Shown one piece after another: positions 17,565 through 28,758 of a DNA stretch of 64,000 nucleotides (positions within the stretch are counted from its first letter, which is position 1; every line of letters begins with the position of its first letter). Origin of the DNA: Candidatus Moraniibacteriota bacterium (GTDB taxonomy: Bacteria; Patescibacteriota; Minisyncoccia; Moranbacterales; UBA1568); NCBI GenBank assembly GCA_030648835.1, contig JAUSGT010000002.1, positions 373,458 to 437,457 of the forward strand, written 5' to 3'. The notes under the pieces were generated by a model. It ran no database searches, was not told where the DNA came from, and saw only the letters and a list, made by a program, of their open reading frames with translations. The position numbers and the translations under genes were made by a program.

Positions 17565-20062
17565 ACAACCATGTCATTTTTTAGCGAGAGACGAAGGGAC
17601 TTTTTTTCCGGAGCATCGATGAGTTCTTCTGCGATGCTTTTTTCGACGAAGTCTTGGATATTTTTTCTGACCAACCGAGCGCCTTGTTCGGGGGCAAAGC
17701 TTTTTTTCGCGATAAAGCGTACCAAGGCGTCAGGATATTTCAGAATTATATTTTGTGGCTTCAAGCGTTTGGCAAGGACCCCCAGTTCCAAACGAGTGAT
17801 AGCGTGAATGGCTTCTTCAGAGAGGGCGTTGAAGACGATGGTATGATCGAGACGCGCCAGAAGTTCCGGACGCATTTCTTTTTTGAGTTCATCGAGGACT
17901 TCACGTTTGATTATCTCAAATCGTTCTTTTATCCAAGAGTTTTTTGCCGCTGTCTTGGCCGTTCCGCCAGAGACGGTGGTTGCGAAACCGATGCGGGCGG
18001 TTTTGGTGAAAGAAGCGGTACCGATATTGGAAGTGAGAATAATGAGCGCGTTTTTGAAACTGACCCGCCGCCCCTCGGCGTCAGTGAGGATCCCTTCATC
18101 GAGAATTTGGAGAAGAATACTCCAAACATCCGGATGCGCTTTTTCAATCTCATCAAACAGGATGACAGAATAGGGTTTGCGGCGCACGGCTTCGGTCAAT
18201 TTTCCACCTTCACCGTAGCCGACGTAGCCGGCGGGAGCACCGAGAATCTGAGCTACGCTGTGGCGTTCCATAAATTCACTCATATCGAGGCGAATCAGCG
18301 CGTTTTGATCACCAAAAAATTCTTCGGCCAAAATCTTGGCGGCCAGGGTTTTGCCCACGCCAGTCGGACCGAGAAAAAGGAACGATCCCAAGGGACGATT
18401 CGGATCGCCGATACTTGAGAGCGAACGGGTCAGCGTTTTTTCGAGAGCCAGAGCCGCTTCTTTCTGCCCGATGAGTTGGGTATCGAGGGCTTTATGGAGA
18501 CGAGTGAGTCTCTGCCGCGGATTTTCTTTAGAAAGCTTGGCAAAAGGAATGCGCGCCATTTGGGAAACAGTTTTCAATATATGCTCTCCGGAAACCGTGA
18601 TTCGTTCATTTTCCGAATTTTCTTTCAGTCCTTCTTTGAGGGTGGTGATTTTTTGGGAAAGGGCTTTTTCTCGCGCGTGCCATTTGGCGGCGTCATCATA
18701 ATTTTCGTCTTTGATGAGGGATTCTTTGAGGTCACGCACGGTCCGCCGTTCTTCTCCCAGCTCAATCAAAATCTTGGTTGTTTCCGGTATCTCCCGTTTT
18801 TGTTTTGCCAAGGTAGAGGCCTCATCGATGATATCGAGCGCTTTGTCCGGCAGAAAACGCTCAGGGAGGTAGCGGACGCTGAGCTCCACGGCCATATCAC
18901 TGACTTCTTTGGAGAGGGCGATATGGTGGAAATCCTCGTAGCTTTTTTTGATGTGCCAAAGGATTTCTTTTGTCTCATCAATGGTCGGTTCCACGATAAG
19001 GACAGACTGGAAGCGTCGATCCAGCGCCGGATCTTTTTCGAGGTGGCGTTTGTATTCGGTGAATGTCGTCGCGCCGATGCATTGGATCTCACCGCGCGAA
19101 AGAGCGGGTTTGAGAATATTGGCCGCGTCGAGACCGCCACTGGTGTTACCGGCGCCAACGACGGTATGAATTTCGTCAATGAAAAGAATTGTGTCGTGAT
19201 TCTGTGTGGCTTCACGGATAATTTCTTTGAGACGGGATTCAAATTCTCCCCGGAAATTGGTACCGGCAACGACGAGTGTCAGATCGAGTGAAAGTATGCG
19301 TTTGCCGAGAAGCGTATGCGGAACGGCCCCGCGTTGAATCATCTTGGCCAGCGCCACGATGAGAGCGGTCTTGCCGACACCGGGATCGCCCAAGAGGAGC
19401 GGATTATTTTTTCGTTTGCGGGTAAGGATCTGAATGATTCGGTCAAGTTCTTTTTCTCTCCCCACGAGTGTTTCTTCGGCATAGCTTGGCGACCTTGCCA
19501 TATCGACGGCGTATTGGTCGAGAAAAGGAGTGGCATTGCTTTTTGTTGTTCTGTTTTTTGTGAGGAGATTTTCCGGGAGATCGAGCATTTTGGAAAGTTG
19601 GGGGAAGTGGTCGAAGTTCAGATGCGATTCGAGGGTGGCACGCACTTTGGTATCGTTGATTTTGAGCGCGCTCAAGATACGCTCGAGGGTTTCGTTTTCC
19701 GATTCAAAGAGGGCGTAGAGGATATGTTCCGTGCCGACGTAAGGATAATGGAACTGATTGGCGAGAAAATAGGCGCGACGCAAGATGTCCTTGAGTGCAG
19801 AAGAGAGCGGGAGCGGATGGTTGACCGGGAGTGATTTGCCCTTTGTTTTTTTCTTGAGACACAGCTTGACCAAAATTTCTCTTTCGAATCCTATGTTTTG
19901 GAGAAGGATACCCCCGAGGCTAGTGCTTTCGAAAAAGATAGCTATGAGCACATGTTCCGGTTCTATGGATGTATGGCAGGCAGCGCGCGCGATGTCTCGG
20001 GCTTCTTTGAGACTGTGTCTGGCGTGCAGAGTCAGTTTTTGACTGAAATTTGTTTCAAGCAT
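17543..20062 (-). CDS. clpC: ATP-dependent Clp protease ATP-binding subunit ClpC
   Basis: Clp_N repeats. Two AAA+ modules (GDPGVGKTA; GPTGVGKT). 839 aa. Confidence 0.9.
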   Translation of the reverse strand: MLETNFSQKLTLHARHSLKEARDIARAACHTSIEPEHVLIAIFFESTSLGGILLQNIGFEREILVKLCLKKKTKGKSLPVNHPLPLSSALKDILRRAYFLANQFHYPYVGTEHILYALFESENETLERILSALKINDTKVRATLESHLNFDHFPQLSKMLDLPENLLTKNRTTKSNATPFLDQYAVDMARSPSYAEETLVGREKELDRIIQILTRKRKNNPLLLGDPGVGKTALIVALAKMIQRGAVPHTLLGKRILSLDLTLVVAGTNFRGEFESRLKEIIREATQNHDTILFIDEIHTVVGAGNTSGGLDAANILKPALSRGEIQCIGATTFTEYKRHLEKDPALDRRFQSVLIVEPTIDETKEILWHIKKSYEDFHHIALSKEVSDMAVELSVRYLPERFLPDKALDIIDEASTLAKQKREIPETTKILIELGEERRTVRDLKESLIKDENYDDAAKWHAREKALSQKITTLKEGLKENSENERITVSGEHILKTVSQMARIPFAKLSKENPRQRLTRLHKALDTQLIGQKEAALALEKTLTRSLSSIGDPNRPLGSFLFLGPTGVGKTLAAKILAEEFFGDQNALIRLDMSEFMERHSVAQILGAPAGYVGYGEGGKLTEAVRRKPYSVILFDEIEKAHPDVWSILLQILDEGILTDAEGRRVSFKNALIILTSNIGTASFTKTARIGFATTVSGGTAKTAAKNSWIKERFEIIKREVLDELKKEMRPELLARLDHTIVFNALSEEAIHAITRLELGVLAKRLKPQNIILKYPDALVRFIAKKSFAPEQGARLVRKNIQDFVEKSIAEELIDAPEKKSLRLSLKNDMVVCHPMSS

Positions 20063-20174
20063 AGGTAAAGATGAGTATAACCATTCTATTTTCTATTGTC
20101 GCTCATGTCAACCATGTTGTTCACAAACGATGGAGTTGACACTCTTGCTAAAGACTTTTGGCGCCTACGAAAAT

Positions 20175-20184
20175 GTGTTATACT
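20175..20184 (+). promoter_or_regulatory. Extended -10 promoter (TGtTATACT) upstream of pilM
   Basis: TGTTATACT lies about 50 bp upstream of the pilM start. Inference only. Confidence 0.35.
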
Positions 20185-20234
20185 AGATACATACTTGAAC
20201 AAATATAAACAAGTTTTCGTTTGATAATAGACAT

Positions 20235-21359
20235 ATGGTCTTCGGTTTTGGAAAACCACATTTTCTTGGTATTGATTTTGGTACAGCTTCTATCAAGGCG
20301 GTGGAGCTTTCTGTTGAAGATGGTCATCCGGTGCTTACGAACTATGGGCAAATAAGTTTGTCGGATCTGGAGAAAGGTACACCAGCTCAGGGACGTTCGT
20401 ATGATGAAGAGATCGTGCTCCACCTCCAGGCACTTATAGAGCGTATGAAACCCAAGAGTCGCGCGGCTTACGTGGCAATGCCGGCTTTTATCGGGCTCAT
20501 ATCGTTGGTGGAGTTTCCCGTGATGGAAGAATCAGAACTGGAGGAAGCAGTGCGTTTTGAGGCGCATAAGTATATTCCTTCGTCGCTTGATGATGTGGCG
20601 CTCAGTTGGGAGGTTATCGAGAGACGAGGCGCCCCGGGTGGAGAGGAAAAAATGGAAGTACTCCTGGTGGCGGCGCTCAATAAGGAAGTGGCGCGCTATG
20701 AGCGCTATATCAACAAAGCGGGGCTAACAGTCGATTTTTTGGAATTGGAAACGTTTTCTTTGGCGCGTTCGATTGTCGGAGAAGAGCCGGGGCTTTCGCT
20801 TATGATCGATATCGGTTCGCGAGCGACCAACCTTGTGTTGATCGAAAACGGATTGGTGAGAGTGAGCCGCAATCTCGATATCGGTGGAAGAGATATTACC
20901 CGGACTCTGGCGGAGAGTCTCAGTATCACGCAGGAGCGTTCGAAAGTATTGAAAAAAAGCGGTAAGGATTTTCTTACCAATCCACAGTCGGCTCTGGTCT
21001 TCCCTGTTCTGCAAATGATTGCCGGTGAGGCTACGAGAATTCTGGCTTCTTATCAGGCAAAGCATTCTGGTGTACAATGTAAGAACATAATACTCTCGGG
21101 TGGCACGGCCCAATTTACCGGGTTGGTGAAATACTATACGGACATATTCAAATTGCCGGTGGTTCTCGGCAACTCATGGAGGAATATAAAGTACGATCCA
21201 AGACTTGCCAAAAAAATCCAGGAATCGGGCACGTCGTTTTCCATAGCAGCCGGACTGGCGTTGCGTGGTACGGAAACGGTTTTGAAGAAGAAAGAAAATC
21301 TGTTTCCTGTTTCGAAAAAGAAATTTTCTTTGAAAGAGCTTTTCACAAGAAAAATATAA
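20235..21359 (+). CDS. pilM: Type IV pilus assembly protein PilM
   Basis: Actin-like ATPase. Starts FLGIDFGTASIKAVEL. Confidence 0.85.
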   Translation: MVFGFGKPHFLGIDFGTASIKAVELSVEDGHPVLTNYGQISLSDLEKGTPAQGRSYDEEIVLHLQALIERMKPKSRAAYVAMPAFIGLISLVEFPVMEESELEEAVRFEAHKYIPSSLDDVALSWEVIERRGAPGGEEKMEVLLVAALNKEVARYERYINKAGLTVDFLELETFSLARSIVGEEPGLSLMIDIGSRATNLVLIENGLVRVSRNLDIGGRDITRTLAESLSITQERSKVLKKSGKDFLTNPQSALVFPVLQMIAGEATRILASYQAKHSGVQCKNIILSGGTAQFTGLVKYYTDIFKLPVVLGNSWRNIKYDPRLAKKIQESGTSFSIAAGLALRGTETVLKKKENLFPVSKKKFSLKELFTRKI

Positions 21360-21411
21360 GAGCCAAAACAAGCGTGAGAATACGCTCGAATAAACATTAA
21401 AACACAAAGCG

Positions 21412-21936
21412 ATGGCCGGATTGAATCTTTCCTCGTCAGGAGGAGAAAAAAAAGAGGGTGGCGGGGGAATTTCTGACAGTTCTCTCATAGTCATTTCGTC
21501 TATTTTTTTTCTTGTGATTGCCGGTTGGGGCGGTATGCGTTGGTATATCAAAACGCAGAATGATACGTTGGCGAAGCTCGATGCCTCGCTTGAAGAAAGT
21601 TCCTCACAGTTGCGGGGGAACAAGGTAAACCGCGTGGCATATTTTGATGCTCGTTCGGGGCTTATCGGAGAGCAGTTGAAAGGTGAATCTGTTGATGCCA
21701 AGAAACTTCTCAGTCAGATAGAGGGGCTTACCGTGCCTCAGGTCCGGTTGACAAAATATGAATATAACGCGACGGAAAGGTTTGTGGAAGTGGTAGGAGA
21801 GACGGATAACTTCAGATATATCGCAGAACAGATTATCAGTCTCAAATCGGAGAATCTGTTTGCGGGAATAAAAGTGAATTCGTTGAAGCGGACCGAAACG
21901 GGGCGTATAGAGTTTTCCCTCAAGGCCCAATTCTAA
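21412..21936 (+). CDS. pilN: PilN-like pilus assembly protein
   Basis: Single N-terminal TM plus a periplasmic domain. Sits between pilM and the PilO-like gene. Confidence 0.5.
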   Translation: MAGLNLSSSGGEKKEGGGGISDSSLIVISSIFFLVIAGWGGMRWYIKTQNDTLAKLDASLEESSSQLRGNKVNRVAYFDARSGLIGEQLKGESVDAKKLLSQIEGLTVPQVRLTKYEYNATERFVEVVGETDNFRYIAEQIISLKSENLFAGIKVNSLKRTETGRIEFSLKAQF

Positions 21937-21955
21937 TAAACTATTTATAATTATT

Positions 21956-22693
21956 ATGCGGCTCAAAGTACTCATCCCGCCTTTCCTTATTGTCATGATA
22001 CTCATTTTGTCTATCGGATTTATCAAACCCGACATTGAAGTCTTGCAGGCGAAGAAGACGGATATTCTTGTTAAAAAAACCATGGTGGCAAATGTGGATG
22101 CGGTCATTGCCGATATCGGCACTCTGAACAGCTCTCTGGATGCCAAGCAGGATTTTGAGAAATTCGTGTATCGCTACTTGCCGAGCACGCAGAATCAAGA
22201 GCAGGCGATAGATGCTTTTAACTTTTTTGCTATGCAGTCCGGAGTGGTTATCACCAAAATGGATTTGAAGCAACCGTTAGTTCAGAATATGCTGTCGGAA
22301 GAGGGGAATGGAGAAACCTCCGATTTGTCTCAAAAACCCGCTCTTTCGGTGGCCAAGACATTTACTTTTTCAGGCAGTGTTATTGGGTCGTACGAAAACA
22401 TCAAGGCATTTTTCAATCGTCTGGTTCATATGGAACGGTTTCAAAAAATAAGTTTTTTTTCCATAGCTACCGATACCAATACGGAGTCCCTTGATACGAG
22501 TCACCTAGTGGGCGAATTTGAAACGGAGCTTGGGTATTTGCCGCCGGAACCGTTGGCAACGGCAATCAATACGCCGATTTTTCTGAATTCTCAATTTGAT
22601 TTTTCGAACGTGAGTAAATCATTGGAGCGGGTGACGGGTGCCATGCCGGTTCTTGAGAAAGGCCCAACCGGTAGGCCAAATCCGTTTCAGTAG
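21956..22693 (+). CDS. pilO: PilO-like pilus assembly protein
   Basis: N-terminal TM. Sits between pilN and pilB. Confidence 0.45.
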   Translation: MRLKVLIPPFLIVMILILSIGFIKPDIEVLQAKKTDILVKKTMVANVDAVIADIGTLNSSLDAKQDFEKFVYRYLPSTQNQEQAIDAFNFFAMQSGVVITKMDLKQPLVQNMLSEEGNGETSDLSQKPALSVAKTFTFSGSVIGSYENIKAFFNRLVHMERFQKISFFSIATDTNTESLDTSHLVGEFETELGYLPPEPLATAINTPIFLNSQFDFSNVSKSLERVTGAMPVLEKGPTGRPNPFQ

Positions 22694-22802
22694 TAGAAAT
22701 TTGTTATACTATCTCACATTCTTTTATCTTTGCCGTCGAACGAAACAGTTGTCTTCAGCGTTGAGGCAAGCTCTCGAGTGAAAACTTTTATGTTCATAAG
22801 GT

Positions 22803-24482
22803 ATGTCGGAAGCATCATCAAAAGAGACAGACAATGCCCACAGTGAGGCTCTTGACGCGACCACTCTTGCGGCGAAAGCAGAAACACTCGGAATGCCGTT
22901 TCTCGCGGAGGCGCCCAAAGGGATAGACAAAAATCTGCTTTCGGTCATCCCCGAAGATACCGCAAAGCGATATGGTACGATACCGTTTCGCAAGGAAAAG
23001 GGTGTTCTTTCCGTGGCAATGACAAATCCGCAGGATTTTGAGGCGCTCAATGTCCTTCGCTTTATTGCCGAAAAAGAGCAGGTCAGCATCGAGGTATATC
23101 TTGTATCGGAGAAGGTTTTTTCCAATATCGCCAAATACTATACCGGGACGGATATGGCTTTGAAGGAGGCCATCTTTTCGTTGAAAAAGGAGTCTGAGGA
23201 AATCACGGATCCCTCAGAAGAGAAAAAGAAAAACAAGGACGCGGAAATTTTTCAAGACGCGCCGATAGCCAAGTTGGTGGAAGTCATTGTCAAACATGCT
23301 CTTGATGGACGGGCGAGTGATATTCATATCGAACCCATCGAGGGGAGTTTCCGGGTGCGTTTTCGTGTGGACGGGATTCTCCGTTCTCAGCTCGTTTTTC
23401 CGCTCGAGATAGGCCGAGCGGTTATTTCGCGTATCAAAATTTTGGCTAATCTCAAAATCGACGAGAAACGCAAACCGCAGGATGGGCGTTTTCGCTTCGA
23501 AGGCGAGGCTGGGCATGCCGTTGACTTGCGTGTTTCCAGTTTGCCGGTCATTGATGGAGAGAAAATCGTCATGCGCGTGCTCGACAAAACTTCCAATTCG
23601 ACGGATATTGAGAAACTTGGATTGTGGGGGAGGAACCGTGTCGTCTTGGAAAAGCGTATTCGTGAACCGTTCGGCATTATACTCATGACCGGGCCTACGG
23701 GATCGGGGAAAACGACGACCCTCTACGCCTTTCTTGAAATCTTGAATAAAGAAGAGCGGAATATCGTGACGCTGGAAGATCCGGTGGAATATTATGTCGA
23801 GGGTATCAATCAGAGCCAGATCAAACCGGAAATCGGGTACACGTTTGCGAGCGGGCTCAGGTCTATTTTGCGTCAGGATCCAAACGTCATTATGGTGGGT
23901 GAAATTCGCGATGCCGAGACGGCGGAATTGGCTATTCACGCGGCGTTGACCGGGCATCTCGTCTTTTCGACACTGCACACCAATGATGCTGTCGGCACCA
24001 TTCCGCGTCTCGTGGATATGGGGGTGGAATCCTTTTTATTGGCTTCGTCACTCCAGGTGGTGGCGGCGCAGCGTCTGGTGAGACGCATCTGCGAGAAATG
24101 TCGGGAAGAGGCTTCTCTCACGGAACTGCAAAAGAAGCGCATCCAAGGATTGTTTGATTCGATCGCTCCCAAGGAAGTGGAAGCGTACGGGCTTGACCCG
24201 AAACAAAAAATCATATTTTATCAGGGGAAAGGTTGCAACCAATGTAATGAATCCGGTTATCGAGGACGCGTGGCTATTTACGAAGTGATAGAAGTGGATG
24301 AAGAAATGCGGGCTATTATCACCGATCAGAAAGGCAATGAAGGAGAAGTACAGAAAGCCGCCATTCGGCAAGGTATGTCCAGCATGAAGCAGGATGGTAT
24401 TCTGAAAGCGCTCAAAGGACTGACGACGCTTTCGGAAGTGGAGCGTGTTACGGAGGGAAAAATTTTGGTTGATGAGGCATAA
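22803..24482 (+). CDS. pilB: Type IV pilus assembly ATPase PilB (GspE family)
   Basis: GspE N-domain. Walker A GPTGSGKTTT. CxxC...CxxC zinc motif (CEKC...CNQC). Confidence 0.9.
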   Translation: MSEASSKETDNAHSEALDATTLAAKAETLGMPFLAEAPKGIDKNLLSVIPEDTAKRYGTIPFRKEKGVLSVAMTNPQDFEALNVLRFIAEKEQVSIEVYLVSEKVFSNIAKYYTGTDMALKEAIFSLKKESEEITDPSEEKKKNKDAEIFQDAPIAKLVEVIVKHALDGRASDIHIEPIEGSFRVRFRVDGILRSQLVFPLEIGRAVISRIKILANLKIDEKRKPQDGRFRFEGEAGHAVDLRVSSLPVIDGEKIVMRVLDKTSNSTDIEKLGLWGRNRVVLEKRIREPFGIILMTGPTGSGKTTTLYAFLEILNKEERNIVTLEDPVEYYVEGINQSQIKPEIGYTFASGLRSILRQDPNVIMVGEIRDAETAELAIHAALTGHLVFSTLHTNDAVGTIPRLVDMGVESFLLASSLQVVAAQRLVRRICEKCREEASLTELQKKRIQGLFDSIAPKEVEAYGLDPKQKIIFYQGKGCNQCNESGYRGRVAIYEVIEVDEEMRAIITDQKGNEGEVQKAAIRQGMSSMKQDGILKALKGLTTLSEVERVTEGKILVDEA

Positions 24483-24537
24483 TGCCGATTACTTTGTGGT
24501 ATACTGGAGGTAAAGATGTTTCAAAACAAAAAGAAAA

Positions 24538-25617
24538 ATGGAAACACTACATACAGAACAGCGGTTGAAAAATCTTTTGTTGCTTGTTGGGCAACAGGGA
24601 GCTTCCGATTTGCATTTGGTGGTTGGACGTTATCCGACGCTCCGCGTCGATGGCAAGCTCCAGCCGATTACCGGGGAAAAAGTCCTGACTCCGGCCGATA
24701 CAAAGGCTTTGAGTGATGTATTGTTGACAGAAGACAAAAAACAGGAGCTGACCGGGATGGGGCAGACGGATTTTTCCTATAATTTTGAGGATCGGGTGCG
24801 TTTTCGCACCAACGTTTTTTTTCAAAAGGGCTACGTCAGCGTCACCATGCGCTTCATCATGGATCGTTTGCGCAACTTAGAGGAGTTGAGCATGCCAAGT
24901 TCGTTGTATGGTTTCGCGAACTATTCTCAGGGGCTGGTACTGATTACCGGTCCGGTGGGACACGGCAAGTCGACGACTCTGGCTGCCATCATCGATTATA
25001 TCAATCACAATCAGGAAAAACACATTATCACCATTGAAGATCCGATTGAGTTTGTTTACAATCAGGATCGTTCCATCATCAATCAGCGTGAAATCGGTCG
25101 GGATGCCAAAAATTTCCCGGATGCTTTGCGCGCCGTCTTTCGTGAGGATGCCAATGTGGTGCTTTTGGGAGAACTGCGTGATTTGGAAACTATTAGTACG
25201 GCGATGACGGCGGCTGAAACCGGGCATCTTATCTTCGCGACACTGCATACCAACGACAGCGCGCAGACGATCGATCGTATCATCGATGTCTTCCCGTCTC
25301 ATCAACAAAATCAGATTCGTTCGCAGTTGGCAAATGTGCTTCTCGGTGTCATTTCACAGCGTCTCATCCCGCGTGTCGGCGGCGGCCGTATTCCGGCGAC
25401 GGAAATTATGTTCAAGAATCACGCCGTAGAAAACCTCATTCGGGAAAACAAGGTGCACCAGCTGGATTCAGTCATTGAAACAGGATTGAAAGAAGGGATG
25501 ATGTCTTTGGACCGGGTTTTGGCGGATTTGGTGCGCAGGGGGCTTATCGCTGTCAACGATGCTTTTATTTATGCCAAAAACCGTGAGTATCTTCAGATGT
25601 TGATGAGCAAAGAGTAG
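24538..25617 (+). CDS. pilT: Twitching motility ATPase PilT
   Basis: GPVGHGKSTTL. AETGHLIFATLHT. Confidence 0.9.
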   Translation: METLHTEQRLKNLLLLVGQQGASDLHLVVGRYPTLRVDGKLQPITGEKVLTPADTKALSDVLLTEDKKQELTGMGQTDFSYNFEDRVRFRTNVFFQKGYVSVTMRFIMDRLRNLEELSMPSSLYGFANYSQGLVLITGPVGHGKSTTLAAIIDYINHNQEKHIITIEDPIEFVYNQDRSIINQREIGRDAKNFPDALRAVFREDANVVLLGELRDLETISTAMTAAETGHLIFATLHTNDSAQTIDRIIDVFPSHQQNQIRSQLANVLLGVISQRLIPRVGGGRIPATEIMFKNHAVENLIRENKVHQLDSVIETGLKEGMMSLDRVLADLVRRGLIAVNDAFIYAKNREYLQMLMSKE

Positions 25618-25621
25618 CGTT

Positions 25622-26857
25622 TTGTACTCTAATCGGTATAATAAATATATGAAATTTCTTTTTAAAGCAAAAAATGATGCTGGCCAGATCCGGGAAGGAT
25701 TGGTGGAAGCCATAAATTGGGAAACGGCCGCGCAGATCCTCGAGAAGAATGGTCTGATACCGATTACCGTCCAGGAACAAAAATCATCCATGCTTTTTAT
25801 GAAAAGCTTCCAGAAGCTTTTGGAGGGCGTGAGTCAAAAAGAGCTGATGACATTTTTCCGTCAGCTGGCGACTCTCATCGAAGCGCGCGTGCCTATCACT
25901 TCCGCACTGCATACTATCGGGGAGCAGATGGAGAACAAATATTTGCGCATCATCGTCAAAGAGGTAGAAGATACCATCGGGGACGGTATGCCATTTTCCG
26001 AGGCGTTGGCGAAACATCCGGACGTCTTTTCCCCTCTTACCGTCAATATGATTCGTTCCGGTGAAGCTTCCGGCAGTTTGCAGAAAGCCATTGTTTTCGT
26101 AGCCGAAAATATAGAAAAGAGCTACCAGTTGACATCCAAAATCAAGAGCGCGTTTTATTATCCGATTTTCGTTTTCTCTGTCGCTTTTATCGTTGGGTTT
26201 TTGGTGGTGACATTCATTTTGCCCAAGATTACGGCGCTTATCAAGGATATGAATATACCTATTCCCTGGTACACGGCATTTCTTGTCTGGCTCGGAGACT
26301 TTATGAATCAGTATTGGTGGGCGGTGCTTCTTGTTATTGTGGCCGGTGTAGGTACTTTTGTCTATTACATCCGAACGGAAGCCGGCCGCTATGAGTGGCA
26401 AGTCATTCTTCTCAAGATCCCTGTTATTGGCACTTTGGCACGCAATATCTATATCACGCGTTTTGCCGACAATCTGAGCGCTCTTCTCGGTGGCGGTATC
26501 CCGGTCGTGCGGGCGCTTTCAATTGTGAGCGAGGTTATCGGAAATCATGTTTTTCGAAAGATTATCCTCCGGGCCGCGGAAGAAGTACGGGCCGGTGGCA
26601 CTATGAGTACCGTATTTTTGCAAACGAAAGAGATACCACCGATTGTTTCGCAGATGGTGCGCATCGGGGAAGAGACGGGGTTGTTGTCCCAGGTTCTGAA
26701 GAAGACCGGAGATTTCTACAGCCAGGAGGTGGAACTTACGACGAAAAATTTGACCACACTTATCGAACCAATATTGATTGTACTTCTCGGTATCGGTGTG
26801 GCTATCTTGGTGGTGGGAGTTCTCTTACCTATTTATAATATCGCGGGGCAGTTATAA
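25622..26857 (+). CDS. pilC: Type IV pilus inner-membrane platform protein PilC (GspF family)
   Basis: Duplicated GspF domains. 3 TM blocks. Confidence 0.85.
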   Translation: MYSNRYNKYMKFLFKAKNDAGQIREGLVEAINWETAAQILEKNGLIPITVQEQKSSMLFMKSFQKLLEGVSQKELMTFFRQLATLIEARVPITSALHTIGEQMENKYLRIIVKEVEDTIGDGMPFSEALAKHPDVFSPLTVNMIRSGEASGSLQKAIVFVAENIEKSYQLTSKIKSAFYYPIFVFSVAFIVGFLVVTFILPKITALIKDMNIPIPWYTAFLVWLGDFMNQYWWAVLLVIVAGVGTFVYYIRTEAGRYEWQVILLKIPVIGTLARNIYITRFADNLSALLGGGIPVVRALSIVSEVIGNHVFRKIILRAAEEVRAGGTMSTVFLQTKEIPPIVSQMVRIGEETGLLSQVLKKTGDFYSQEVELTTKNLTTLIEPILIVLLGIGVAILVVGVLLPIYNIAGQL

Positions 26858-26981
26858 GAGGGGTTGACAGAACTATCCACAAATGTGTCAAAAAGAGGTA
26901 CAATAAGAGTAGGCTTGGGAGGCTTTTCGAAGACTTTCAAACAGCTAAAAAATAAAAACAAAAATAGAAGGAGGTGAGCAT

Positions 26982-27347
26982 ATGAAAAAAATATTCAAGG
27001 GATTTACCCTCATTGAACTCCTCATCGTTATCGCCATTATTGGCATTCTCGCCTCTATCGTATTGGTAAGTCTTTCGGGTGCTCGGACAAAAGCTCAAAA
27101 GGCCGCGTTCAAGGCAGAGGTATCGAGCGCTGTTTCGGGATTTACTCTCCAGTGTGATACAGATGATCCGACAGCTCAACCAGATACTACCGTGACTAAT
27201 TGGGATGATGCTTTTGCTGCTACCCCGGATTGCGGGTCGACAGGGGCTGGAACATTCTCAATTGGTGCGGCTCCGGTAGCCACTATCGCTGGCTGTACTG
27301 CCGCGACCGTGACTGAAACAGGTGCTGATTTTACGAGTTGTCCATAA
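26982..27347 (+). CDS. Type IV pilin (prepilin; class III signal [21 protein letters not shown])
   Basis: Canonical G|FTLIEL N-methylation motif. Strong RBS AAGGAGGTGA. Confidence 0.85.
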   Translation: MKKIFKGFTLIELLIVIAIIGILASIVLVSLSGARTKAQKAAFKAEVSSAVSGFTLQCDTDDPTAQPDTTVTNWDDAFAATPDCGSTGAGTFSIGAAPVATIAGCTAATVTETGADFTSCP

Positions 27348-27411
27348 GATATTCGTAAGGTAGAATAAAAAATAAATCATTATAAAGTTGAAAGGGGAGG
27401 TGAAAAATATT

Positions 27412-27795
27412 ATGAAAAAAACACTTAAGGGCTTTACCCTTATAGAACTTCTCATCGTTATTGCCATCATCGGTATTTTGGCATCCATCGTATTAGTGAG
27501 TTTGAGCAGCGCGCGTAGTAAAGCAAATGTCGCTGCGTTTAAGGCAGAAGCTGCCGGTTCGGTAGCTGGATTTATTATTGCGTGTGATACAGATGCGGCA
27601 ACATTAACAGCTTCAGCGGCATCTGCAACCTCGGCGAGTTCAAATGTTACGTTTGCTATAACTGCCTCGCCATGTGGTCCTACCGGAACTGGATTATTCA
27701 CGGGGACGGCAGCTCCGAAAAAAACTCTTTCGGTAACGTGTACTCCGACAGCTATTTCGTCAACCGGAGTCACATTCCCCAGTACCTGTATCTAG
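27412..27795 (+). CDS. Type IV pilin, second paralogue
   Basis: [25 protein letters not shown] at 27412 preferred (RBS GGGGAGGTG) over the ORF-track start at 27388. Confidence 0.8.
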   Translation: MKKTLKGFTLIELLIVIAIIGILASIVLVSLSSARSKANVAAFKAEAAGSVAGFIIACDTDAATLTASAASATSASSNVTFAITASPCGPTGTGLFTGTAAPKKTLSVTCTPTAISSTGVTFPSTCI

Positions 27796-27820
27796 TCGGA
27801 TTTTCCAAATTTGGAACAAA

Positions 27821-27846
27821 AAACGCGGTAATTCCGCGTTTTTTTG
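27821..27846 (+). terminator. Rho-independent terminator (AACGCGGTAATTCCGCGTT plus T7)
   Basis: Hairpin plus T-run after the pilin stop. Confidence 0.65.
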
Positions 27847-27928
27847 TTATATATGGATACACAAATTTTCTCCCCATTTCTTTTTTGGCTCTCTTTGTTT
27901 TTTTCCCATTCAGACGTATACTATAAAC

Positions 27929-28720
27929 ATGTTCTCTCTCACATTTTCATTTTTTATTCTTGGCCTGATCATCGGGAGTTTTCTCAATGTTTTGGTGTAT
28001 CGCCTGAAAGATGTCGAGACTCTTTTGGGGCGCTCGTTTTGCCGTAGTTGCAGACATCAGATTCGCTGGTATGACAATATCCCGCTTCTCAGTTTCGTAC
28101 TGCTCAAAGGAGAATGTCGCGACTGCAAATCGGGCATTTCTTGGCAATATCCGTTTCTGGAAATCTTGACAGCTGGGTTGTTCGCTTTCGCGGGGGCTTA
28201 TTTTTTCTCTCCGAGAGACGTCTCTTCTTGGTTGGAGACAGCGTGGCTGCTCGGTATCATAGCCTGTTTTGTCGTTATTGCGGCGTATGATCTGCGCTAT
28301 ATGGAAATTCCCATCATTCTGCTTTTTGTCAGTCTTGGTTTGACGCTTTTATTTTTTACTCTGCAATTTCATAGCGGACAAGCCCTCTGGTCAAGCCGCA
28401 TCGGGCTGGGTCTGTTTGGCGGAGCCGCGGTCTCGCTTTTCTTTTTCGCGCTTGTTTTTATGTCGAAAGAGACATGGATGGGCTGGGGCGATGTCTGGCT
28501 TGGTTTCGTCTGCGGAATGATTGTCGGCCTGCCTTTGGCGTTGTTTATGCTGACGCTTTCTTTCACCCTCGGGGCTTTTGTCGGTGTGGCGGGCATTTTT
28601 CTCAAAGGCAAGAGTTTGAAAAGTCAGGTGCCGTTTGCGCCTTTTCTCGTAGTGGGGACACTCTCTACTGTTTTTCTTCAGCATATTTTTCCGGAATTTA
28701 TCCGCTTCTTTTTACTCTAG
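27929..28720 (+). CDS. pilD: Prepilin peptidase PilD (A24 family)
   Basis: CRSC...CRDC zinc motif. Multiple TM helices. Confidence 0.85.
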   Translation: MFSLTFSFFILGLIIGSFLNVLVYRLKDVETLLGRSFCRSCRHQIRWYDNIPLLSFVLLKGECRDCKSGISWQYPFLEILTAGLFAFAGAYFFSPRDVSSWLETAWLLGIIACFVVIAAYDLRYMEIPIILLFVSLGLTLLFFTLQFHSGQALWSSRIGLGLFGGAAVSLFFFALVFMSKETWMGWGDVWLGFVCGMIVGLPLALFMLTLSFTLGAFVGVAGIFLKGKSLKSQVPFAPFLVVGTLSTVFLQHIFPEFIRFFLL

Positions 28721-28758
28721 TTTTCTGATACAATAAAATATGCAACGTACATAAAAAA

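Noticed and set aside
17654-19834. Several long plus-strand ORFs (254, 271, 172 aa) antisense to clpC
   Set aside because: ClpC identity on the minus strand is unambiguous. The antisense frames are low-complexity (R/G/F-rich) shadow ORFs.
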